Sequence record: PQ464590.1
Direction: 5' to 3' (one strand)
DNA: 64,000 nt
Shown here piece by piece: positions 56,659-64,000 of this stretch (within the stretch, counting starts at the first letter, position 1; every line of letters begins with the position of its first letter). Position numbers and translations under genes: made by a program. The notes under the pieces are model-generated. The model was not told where the DNA came from. It was given only the letters and a program-made list of their open reading frames with translations, and ran no database searches.

Positions 56659-57270
56659 CTAACTTGTCTCTCGCAATAATTGCTTGTACGCCAATTCACA
56701 TACATGGAATGTCTCTTCACAGCACTCCACCTCTAAATCAACTGAATCAAAATCCTGATTGAATAATGCATTCACAATGAATGGTACAATGTACGATTCA
56801 TTCATATCCATCAACAATTCAAAATTCAATTCTTCTGTTCTGGTACGGATATCCTGTACTGAAGGTACTTGACGAACACTACTGTCTGGAAAACTAACTG
56901 TACTATCCGCTCCTAATCCACCTGTACCCATTCTCTTGAAAGGATTATCCAATGTACTGACCGATGTCCCACGCATCTTCTTATCAAGAACTGCGTTCGG
57001 ACGGAACAACATCGTAGGCATCTTGTGAATACTCATAACGCATAAATCACCTACTGATTCTAAGGAACAATACAACTGAATACCATGACGGGAACGAATG
57101 TATCTCGCATTACGCATGATAATCGTTCCTACATCATCATCAAAACGTACTACACGTGAATTCTCTGACTCGTACATCAGCCCATATAAGGGCTTCAGTA
57201 CTGAATCATAAAAATCCAAAGCTATCTGTACTTTGTTATCACTACTCAAAATTGAATTCCTTTGAATCAA
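56659..57270 (-). CDS. FQ-motif family protein (divergent)
   Basis: TEELNFELLMDM. Confidence 0.7.
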   Translation of the reverse strand: MIQRNSILSSDNKVQIALDFYDSVLKPLYGLMYESENSRVVRFDDDVGTIIMRNARYIRSRHGIQLYCSLESVGDLCVMSIHKMPTMLFRPNAVLDKKMRGTSVSTLDNPFKRMGTGGLGADSTVSFPDSSVRQVPSVQDIRTRTEELNFELLMDMNESYIVPFIVNALFNQDFDSVDLEVECCEETFHVCELAYKQLLRETS

Positions 57271-58261
57271 ATTTGGAACGTACGCGAATGGAATGAGCTA
57301 AATCACTTGTGCGTTCACCGTACTCAATCATTCTAGCACGCTGCTCTGCGATAATCAACTCCAAAATGATCGAAAAATCATCGTTCGTTTCGGACGCTTG
57401 AAGGTACTCAAGGTTCATATCTAATGTATTGAAATTGTACGGAATACGATCCTCACATGATGATGCTAAACACTCCGCCACTGTCGTATTCATTCTGGTA
57501 TGTACTAAGGAACCCTGGAACATGTACGCTTCCATATCGGAAGCTTGCAGTACTGGTACGCTCGTATTATTGTCCTCTGCATTATAACATACAATGTCCG
57601 CCCCCACTACTGCGGTACGCATGAATCTCCAACGATCCAATACGTACATACCACCCACTTTCTGACTCTGGGGATGACGTAACTCAATAATGTTATTCGA
57701 TTTCCATGCATCAGCATCTTTCTGTACTGAAATCTTTATCTCCCCCGAATTGTACCGTACTGAATAACGCTTCCCATTGATCTGGAAATATTCCTGCTGC
57801 CGATTGAACTGACGAGCATTCAACCAATCTGGCTCAATCTGCCATCCGAATACGGATAACATCAACTCCCATAACTGTATCGTCTTGGCAATTGTGTTCA
57901 TCGTCTTGTCATGCATCTTCACTAATTCTGGAATGTCACCGTCTGTGATATCCATAATATCAGGTGTCTTGATTTCCACGTAGCCCTCTTCTACACGTTT
58001 TTTCTGTGCAAGGTAATGAGCCATCCACATAAAATTGGATTTACCTGAACTACGACTTGAACCAATTACATTCAATTGCCCAGGAGCGAAACCACCGTTG
58101 ATTCCGCTAATCCCCATCATTGGTGTAGCGTACATCGATGCTATATCATAATCATATGTGAATGTACCTGGTGTACCACGATTAGCACGACCTTGAGCTT
58201 GGACATTGGTAGGAATCAATTTCTTGAAAGCATACGCATCAGCAACATTCATGAACGGCAT
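57242..58261 (-). CDS. FQ-motif family protein with an N-terminal extension bearing PolB-like and helicase-like motif fragments
   Basis: MEAYMFQGSLVH; YDIASMY; GGFAPGQLNVIGSSRSSGKS. Confidence 0.75.
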   Translation of the reverse strand: MPFMNVADAYAFKKLIPTNVQAQGRANRGTPGTFTYDYDIASMYATPMMGISGINGGFAPGQLNVIGSSRSSGKSNFMWMAHYLAQKKRVEEGYVEIKTPDIMDITDGDIPELVKMHDKTMNTIAKTIQLWELMLSVFGWQIEPDWLNARQFNRQQEYFQINGKRYSVRYNSGEIKISVQKDADAWKSNNIIELRHPQSQKVGGMYVLDRWRFMRTAVVGADIVCYNAEDNNTSVPVLQASDMEAYMFQGSLVHTRMNTTVAECLASSCEDRIPYNFNTLDMNLEYLQASETNDDFSIILELIIAEQRARMIEYGERTSDLAHSIRVRSKFDSKEFNFE

Positions 58262-59004
58262 TATAATTCCTCAATATCCTGTACTGTAGCTGGTTGTAAA
58301 CCGAAACGCTCTAATAACATCGGTACGTCATTAGGGTCAATGTCAATCCCTGGGCAATTGTACTTCTGAAGGTACGCCATCAACAACTCCACAACAGGAC
58401 TCATCGAACGGAATAACCAAGCCTCCGCATTCAAATTCGCATCTGAAGCGTACTGGTCAAAATCCTTCAATTTCATATCCACGTCTACTTTCCCACCCTT
58501 ACTGAACTGGTAAAACGTGTACTCACCGTTGTTCACAGGAGCGAATACTACGTTGCTCAACTGAGAACCAATAATGGTGTACTGACAGGAACGTTTATAC
58601 CGAGCATCCTCTGGGGTACGGAAAATAGCAACACGTGTACGAATATCCTGTACCGTTGTTGTTTCTTCACCTGTCTCTTCATTCTTCGTTTTAGATTCGG
58701 TTTGCTGACCCGTCAAATAATGATACACGCGATCCATGTATCCATTATCTGGTGTCTCAATCTCTTGTACTTCTTCTTGTACCAGGTCAGCATTAATCTG
58801 ACGTGCACCAATCTTATTCTGCATCTTAGCTTGTTCTTCAGGCGAAATCTTCAACGCATTACTGGTGTCCATATCTTCTGTACTGAAGAATTGATCCAAC
58901 ATGCGTACATTATTGTGCATGAATGTACTGATGTTCAAAATGTTCTTAGCTAATAGCAATGTTTCTACGTAACGGGATAACTTACCCTGACGCATTCTTT
59001 TCAT
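58261..59004 (-). CDS. hypothetical protein, possibly with a divergent FQ motif
   Basis: AEAWLFRSMS. Confidence 0.75.
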   Translation of the reverse strand: MKRMRQGKLSRYVETLLLAKNILNISTFMHNNVRMLDQFFSTEDMDTSNALKISPEEQAKMQNKIGARQINADLVQEEVQEIETPDNGYMDRVYHYLTGQQTESKTKNEETGEETTTVQDIRTRVAIFRTPEDARYKRSCQYTIIGSQLSNVVFAPVNNGEYTFYQFSKGGKVDVDMKLKDFDQYASDANLNAEAWLFRSMSPVVELLMAYLQKYNCPGIDIDPNDVPMLLERFGLQPATVQDIEEL

Positions 59005-59642
59005 TATTCTTCTCCATCTTTGCAGTACTGGTAAATTTCTTGAACGAATCTGTGATCGTCTTCGTCAAATTCTGGAATCACCTTCATCACAGCAACTAGC
59101 GATGCCATGCGGTGAACGAAACTGTACTTCAATATACTATCATGAAGGTACGATGTCAAGATCTCATTGAACAAATATCTCTCATCATGTATCAATGAAA
59201 GCTGGAATAACATCTCTTCTGTGTACTCACGTAGCAGCAAAACATTATGATCATCCGATGTTGAACTGTACTTATAACCCCTACGCATCGTCGTATGGAT
59301 ATTGAATAATGTATTGTCCTTTTCGAACAATGGTGTGCACGGTACATGCATGTTATTGCGTTCTTCACAATAAATTGGATCGTCAAATACAACAATACCT
59401 AATGATATTTTGTTCGTTGTGAATTCTGTACCGTACACTTCTTTATTGTCAGGGTTACGTGTTACATAACATTGCTGCGTATATAACTCTTTATTCATTG
59501 GTGCTTTCTGGGTAAGGTACTGTATTAACCGTACTAAGATGGAACCGTACCGTACTGCATCATTGTAATACTTCGGATTTGGCATTTTCATTCTCGAATA
59601 AAGGGGAGGGTAAACTCTTATCCCTGTGTGCGTAAAATTCAC
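59004..59642 (-). CDS. FQ-motif family protein
   Basis: TEEMLFQLSLIHD. Confidence 0.75.
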   Translation of the reverse strand: MNFTHTGIRVYPPLYSRMKMPNPKYYNDAVRYGSILVRLIQYLTQKAPMNKELYTQQCYVTRNPDNKEVYGTEFTTNKISLGIVVFDDPIYCEERNNMHVPCTPLFEKDNTLFNIHTTMRRGYKYSSTSDDHNVLLLREYTEEMLFQLSLIHDERYLFNEILTSYLHDSILKYSFVHRMASLVAVMKVIPEFDEDDHRFVQEIYQYCKDGEE

Positions 59643-60225
59643 GAACAGCTTGCATTCGCTCCTTTGGACTATTCTGGATTATAACACACATATGACCAAT
59701 GTCAACCCGTGCTGACAAAATCTTTTCGTACCTCAATGTACTCAACAAAATGAATGATAACAATTCCCAATATGTATGTACTAAACTCTCCTGGAAATAA
59801 TACTCCTCTGTCCACTCCGATAAATCAGGATATCTCTGGTACGACATATCCTCGTACTGAATCTGATTCGTATCCATACCTGTACTACTGGAATTACGAA
59901 CCTTCACAAATTTATCTTCTATTTTGTACGATACAACACAGGACTCATATGCTCCACTGTATATTGTACTACTGTAAAGCAATGAATTATTTGTCTGTAC
60001 CTCATCAGATAGAACACTAAAATAAGAATCGAATAATAGTTCTCGCGTTCTTGGGGGAGGTGGAATCATTCGAGTATCACCTATACTTATCTTGTACTCA
60101 TTGTTATGATAACCCCAAAGACCTACTACTAAATCTTTGTCATGGTACATTGTGTACAGAATAGCACAAATATCATCAGCTAATCCTAATGACTCTTCTA
60201 ATGTACTAGGAAGAATAAAACTCAT
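59560..60225 (-). CDS. FQ-motif family protein
   Basis: TEEYYFQESLVH; start MSFIL. Confidence 0.75.
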   Translation of the reverse strand: MSFILPSTLEESLGLADDICAILYTMYHDKDLVVGLWGYHNNEYKISIGDTRMIPPPPRTRELLFDSYFSVLSDEVQTNNSLLYSSTIYSGAYESCVVSYKIEDKFVKVRNSSSTGMDTNQIQYEDMSYQRYPDLSEWTEEYYFQESLVHTYWELLSFILLSTLRYEKILSARVDIGHMCVIIQNSPKERMQAVREFYAHRDKSLPSPLFENENAKSEVLQ

Positions 60226-60715
60226 CGTATCGTTTCTCCAATTGATGATATAACTGCTCGAACTCATTCAAGAATTTGTAGAACTCTCCCAGTACTATAA
60301 AAACGCTAGGAACATTCAATGCCCTACATTCTCTGAAATACTCTAATGTATAAAGTTCTAAATCGGTCAGTACTAAACTCTGCTGGAATTCTTCTTCTTC
60401 AGATAATAAAGGAATAGATATCTCTTTACTTTCTTCTGTTGAATAAGCCCCTAAACCCAGTACTGCGAATACAGTACTCTCTTCTAATAAAGACATCTCT
60501 ACATGTTTAGGTGATGCATAAGCTGTATAAGAATGACGTATGCTCTTATTCTCTCTAAGGAACAAAGTACTATGCGTACATAACTTCCATGAATCATCCC
60601 TGTTCTTGAACATCATTGACATTATCATAAGTGGATGATGATACATTGCATGTAACAGTACTGCTGTAGCTTTTGCTAATTCTTTTGCTGTATAACGAAA
60701 ATCAAAATGAATCAT
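60206..60715 (-). CDS. FQ-motif family protein
   Basis: SEEEEFQQSLVL. Confidence 0.75.
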   Translation of the reverse strand: MIHFDFRYTAKELAKATAVLLHAMYHHPLMIMSMMFKNRDDSWKLCTHSTLFLRENKSIRHSYTAYASPKHVEMSLLEESTVFAVLGLGAYSTEESKEISIPLLSEEEEFQQSLVLTDLELYTLEYFRECRALNVPSVFIVLGEFYKFLNEFEQLYHQLEKRYDEFYSS

Positions 60716-61170
60716 ATATGAACACCTTTTGGTAAAGGGAACAATCTCTCCATAGCATTCAGTACTACATATGTACTTCCATCAACATGTCTTTCTGTAC
60801 CATAATTACCGTACAGTGCGTAGTATATTCCGTTTATGAATCTCTGTGTATTAGAGAGTGCCATAAGACATTCTGTATTAGAAGGATCTGTTATGTCAAT
60901 GTATATGAATGATACACCCATCATAGTAAACGTACTTCCATTAGGAGAAAAAGACAAATTTCGGTACTCGGTTCGGTTACGCTGTGTCTTATTACCCTCT
61001 AGTATAAGTACCTCTCTGTTATAATCACGTACTGTAACACGATTGGAATTGTTCCTGCGAACATTGAAATGTAATGATGAATCTAATATGTCAGTACTGG
61101 GTAAGCTCATAAGAGAACGTATCATAGCACCGTACAGTACTCCCTCTCTTGTGTAATAATCGAATTTCAT
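60712..61170 (-). CDS. hypothetical protein (no FQ motif seen)
   Basis: ORF track; ATGA overlaps. Confidence 0.7.
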   Translation of the reverse strand: MKFDYYTREGVLYGAMIRSLMSLPSTDILDSSLHFNVRRNNSNRVTVRDYNREVLILEGNKTQRNRTEYRNLSFSPNGSTFTMMGVSFIYIDITDPSNTECLMALSNTQRFINGIYYALYGNYGTERHVDGSTYVVLNAMERLFPLPKGVHI

Positions 61171-61562
61171 GAATGGCGTAGTACCTGTAATGTAATAGGA
61201 TGATAATAATCTGGACCATAAACCGTCTGTAGTACCCTAGTTACACTTTTACAGTACTTTTGTGCTGCATGAATAACATAAGGGTCAACCCCACCGAAAT
61301 CAGTAACACACATCAGTTGGAACCACTGTGCTTCATTTTCATCAGATAATTCGATACATGATAAATCAACTAGTGGTGTCTTGTCAAGAATGAACTCTAA
61401 TTCATCAGCAGTGTAATGGATGAAATAATCCTCATATCCTGAAGTACCTTTGTTACCCCATGATGTATATTCAATCCTATCTTCACCTATCCTGATAGTC
61501 AGAACTTCAATCGCTCCTAGATTATAGTACATGATCTGTGCTTGTATATCTTGTGATATCAT
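61167..61562 (-). CDS. FQ-motif family protein
   Basis: NEAQWFQLMCV. Confidence 0.75.
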   Translation of the reverse strand: MISQDIQAQIMYYNLGAIEVLTIRIGEDRIEYTSWGNKGTSGYEDYFIHYTADELEFILDKTPLVDLSCIELSDENEAQWFQLMCVTDFGGVDPYVIHAAQKYCKSVTRVLQTVYGPDYYHPITLQVLRHS

Positions 61563-61576
61563 CTCTAACTCTCCAC

Positions 61577-61936
61577 TTACTCAACTTGTACTATTATTCT
61601 TGTATTGAAAGTACAGTCCTTGTAGTTCTTCATTATCGTCTGAACTAAACGTAACATGTAATCATACGGTATACGACCATAGTCAGCCACTAAAGATTCT
61701 TGGAATAGTTCCTCTTCACTCATTAGATGTAAGGGTGGTAAATTCATAATACCATTCTTAGGAAGAACCAAGTACAGTACTGAATCATCCTGACCTGGAT
61801 TCTTGATATGCAGGATATATGGGTTCTGATGTGGCTCACCTTTCTTACATGATGGCAGTACTATACTATAGTAATGTGCACCAGTACTGTTGTTGTGCCA
61901 CATGAATACTTCTTCTGGCATGTCGATGTAGTCCAT
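61577..61936 (-). CDS. FQ-motif family protein (short subfamily)
   Basis: PPLHLMSEEELFQESLV. Confidence 0.75.
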   Translation of the reverse strand: MDYIDMPEEVFMWHNNSTGAHYYSIVLPSCKKGEPHQNPYILHIKNPGQDDSVLYLVLPKNGIMNLPPLHLMSEEELFQESLVADYGRIPYDYMLRLVQTIMKNYKDCTFNTRIIVQVE

Positions 61937-61937
61937 T

Positions 61938-62273
61938 CTATACTCCCACCTCTATTTTGTCATCATGGTCTTTTTTATTTGAGTTTATACAGTACTTCAA
62001 ATGTTTCTGAAGAGCTATCATTTGGTGTACCGTGATTGGATGTTCCCATACGCACATTAGTTGGAATAGTTCTTCTTCCGAAAGACTTTCTAAGTCAGGG
62101 AGACTGTACCGTTGAACTTCACCTTTCTCACTATATGTATTGTACCTAAAATCAGTTGAACCATCTTTTAGAACAATACAATGATCAAAGTTATCTGGAT
62201 GTGTGAAGTACAGAGTGTAGTCTTTTGAGATATTACTTCCTTTATATTCACGGTACTGTATATATAATTCCAT
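61938..62273 (-). CDS. FQ-motif family protein (short subfamily)
   Basis: PDLESLSEEELFQLMCVWEHP. Confidence 0.78.
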   Translation of the reverse strand: MELYIQYREYKGSNISKDYTLYFTHPDNFDHCIVLKDGSTDFRYNTYSEKGEVQRYSLPDLESLSEEELFQLMCVWEHPITVHQMIALQKHLKYCINSNKKDHDDKIEVGV

Positions 62274-62274
62274 A

Positions 62275-62607
62275 TCAGTACTCCAATGTTAGTTCAAATG
62301 ATCTATATCCAGACCACTTGTTGATATTGTATTTTACATATTTCTGAACCATCAAAACGAAGTATATAGAACATGGTTCATCCCAAAGTAGCGAGGCTTG
62401 AAAGAATTCACTTTCATCCAGAATTGTCAAATCTGGAACTTTAATGCATGGTTCGTGTTCTTGTATATCTTGGATTTCAGTTTGTGGTTCATCTGTTCTC
62501 CAGTTATTATAGTACACAATGAAGTAATCATGGTCTTCTTCTTGCACCTGTACTTCAAACTCACCATTCGCTTCCCTGTAATAAGATACGATCACATTAG
62601 CTTTCAT
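62275..62607 (-). CDS. FQ-motif family protein (short subfamily)
   Basis: PDLTILDESEFFQASLLWDEP. Confidence 0.78.
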   Translation of the reverse strand: MKANVIVSYYREANGEFEVQVQEEDHDYFIVYYNNWRTDEPQTEIQDIQEHEPCIKVPDLTILDESEFFQASLLWDEPCSIYFVLMVQKYVKYNINKWSGYRSFELTLEY

Positions 62608-62933
62608 TAGTACTCCAGAATAAGATTAGCGTGTGAGCATCCGTTGTACACATGAAGGTTCTCCAATATGAACTCCTGTGCCGCGAGTACAAAGTATATC
62701 TGGTACGGTGCATCCCATATTAGTGAGGCTTGAAAAACCTCTTCCTCGGTCATGCGAGTAAAGTCTGGAATAGGAATGCTTGGTTTATAGTCATCATCGG
62801 ACTGAATTTTGAATGCAGGTGCAGCATTGTTTATTGAGTAGCACGCCACATAGTACTCCGATGATGTATCTCTAAGATGAAATTCATATTCACCATTGAC
62901 ATTGTAATAAAATAGTTCTACTTGTGTTTTCAT
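62607..62933 (-). CDS. FQ-motif family protein (short subfamily)
   Basis: PDFTRMTEEEVFQASLIWDAP. Confidence 0.78.
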   Translation of the reverse strand: MKTQVELFYYNVNGEYEFHLRDTSSEYYVACYSINNAAPAFKIQSDDDYKPSIPIPDFTRMTEEEVFQASLIWDAPYQIYFVLAAQEFILENLHVYNGCSHANLILEY

Positions 62934-62941
62934 TTTGATTC

Positions 62942-63274
62942 CTAGTATTCAAGACCGTATGAATAGAAAGTATCACCTTTCCATGTTGGTTGACGTTCGT
63001 AAACATATTTCTGGATAGCGTATACAAGATAGAATTCTAATGGTTCATCCCATACTACACTCGCTTGGAATAACTCTTCTTCTGATAGTGTTGTTAAATC
63101 TAGTACAGTATCATCATACGGGCCGTGATTGTCTATATGTTGGATGAGCCATTCTAACTCTAAGTTTTCGTTATGACATAGAATCAACATATAGTCAGTT
63201 CCAGTACAGTCAACGTGAGCCTCATAACATCCGTCATCCCATTCGTAATAGTTTATCCCGATAGTGTGTTTCAT
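62942..63274 (-). CDS. FQ-motif family protein (short subfamily)
   Basis: LDLTTLSEEELFQASVVWDEP; start MKHTI. Confidence 0.78.
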   Translation of the reverse strand: MKHTIGINYYEWDDGCYEAHVDCTGTDYMLILCHNENLELEWLIQHIDNHGPYDDTVLDLTTLSEEELFQASVVWDEPLEFYLVYAIQKYVYERQPTWKGDTFYSYGLEY

Positions 63275-63609
63275 TAGTACTCCAACTCTATATCCCAAGT
63301 GAATGAACCATACTCATATTCATATAGTACATCATAACCATACTTCTGAATAGCATGAACAAGTTCAATATCCAATTCATGGTCCCAGACACACATCTCC
63401 TGGAAATATTCTTCTTCAGAGAGTGTAGGTAAGTTCTTCACATCTTTACGTGGGGTCGCAAGTTTATCCATAGTACATTCAATTGTACCCAGATTATATG
63501 AGAGCCGAATTACCGTTTTCGTTTTATCATCGAATGCATGGAACTCTACAGAGTCAGCTAGTGAAAAGTATATCCTACATTTTAGATACTTACTTCTCAA
63601 AAAGTACAT
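63274..63609 (-). CDS. FQ-motif family protein (short subfamily)
   Basis: LPTLSEEEYFQEMCVWDH. Confidence 0.78.
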   Translation of the reverse strand: MYFLRSKYLKCRIYFSLADSVEFHAFDDKTKTVIRLSYNLGTIECTMDKLATPRKDVKNLPTLSEEEYFQEMCVWDHELDIELVHAIQKYGYDVLYEYEYGSFTWDIELEY

Positions 63610-63618
63610 GTTGCACTC

Positions 63619-63954
63619 CTAGTATATCAAGTCTCTGAATACAAGTTCATTCGATTTTTTTAGGTACTCAAGATTTTCTAGCACGTATTTTTGGACGGCT
63701 AACATTTTTTCAGTCTCTGAAAATTCTTGAACGAGAGAATATTGGAATAGCTCTTCTTCCGATAGTACAGTCAAATCTGGAACTGTACCCGATTTTTCCC
63801 ACGAGTGTATCATACCATGTTGCCATACGCAACCGTTCGAACCAAATAGATATTCGAGGAAAAAGATGTTATCTACCTTACAACGAATCAGACTTACAGA
63901 AGAATATGGAAGGTATTTGAAGTTCACGGTTATAATGTCGTACGTTGTTTTCAT
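63619..63954 (-). CDS. FQ-motif family protein (short subfamily)
   Basis: PDLTVLSEEELFQYSLV. Confidence 0.78.
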   Translation of the reverse strand: MKTTYDIITVNFKYLPYSSVSLIRCKVDNIFFLEYLFGSNGCVWQHGMIHSWEKSGTVPDLTVLSEEELFQYSLVQEFSETEKMLAVQKYVLENLEYLKKSNELVFRDLIY

Positions 63955-64000
63955 AATAGTATGAATACCCTTTTATGTAGTTGAGAAATACGCTCGGCTA

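Noticed and set aside
57242-58261. Functional DNA polymerase or helicase
   Set aside because: Only short motif-like fragments; no Walker B or other polymerase motifs follow.
1025-62610. Numerous short plus-strand and alternate-frame ORFs in the track (for example 2502..2981, 28046..28660, 35660..36022, 53672..54022)
   Set aside because: They lie antisense to or inside well-supported genes, with no RBS or motif evidence; treated as shadow ORFs.
30552-63954. Diversity-generating retroelement or shufflon as the source of array diversity
   Set aside because: No reverse transcriptase, template/variable repeat pair or invertase is visible in the window, and all members are co-oriented.

Overview
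This window is part of the genome of a large lytic tailed phage. It is AT-rich, densely packed and almost entirely on the minus strand. The gene content resembles jumbo myoviruses of the RaK2/GAP32/CBB type, but that placement is inference and was not searched. The left half (1-30 kb) is an accessory metabolism and counter-defence region. It holds PIN-PhoH, a cREC receiver-like protein, a NUDT16-like Nudix hydrolase, Sir2, an Acb1-like 2H phosphodiesterase, NadV plus NatV NAD+ salvage, dCMP deaminase, an Ig-domain protein, ClpP, ATP-dependent DNA ligase, a PTH2-like protein, a Ser/Thr phosphatase, PseT kinase/phosphatase and RNA ligase 1. The right half (30.5-64 kb) is dominated by an array of about 37 clear and about 8 divergent ORFs. 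Their N-termini are unrelated, but all share an acidic E-E-x-x-F-Q-x-S-[T/L]-[V/I] motif, nearly always near the C-terminus; this is the main candidate novel system. Other notable signals are a roughly 10-fold excess of AGTACT (hand count over the first 6 kb), a distinct TTGGGA-N18-TATAAT promoter class, and an ORF-poor, hairpin-rich 650-nt transcribed leader at 38.8-39.5 kb. All homology calls come from motif recognition by eye; no database search was run.
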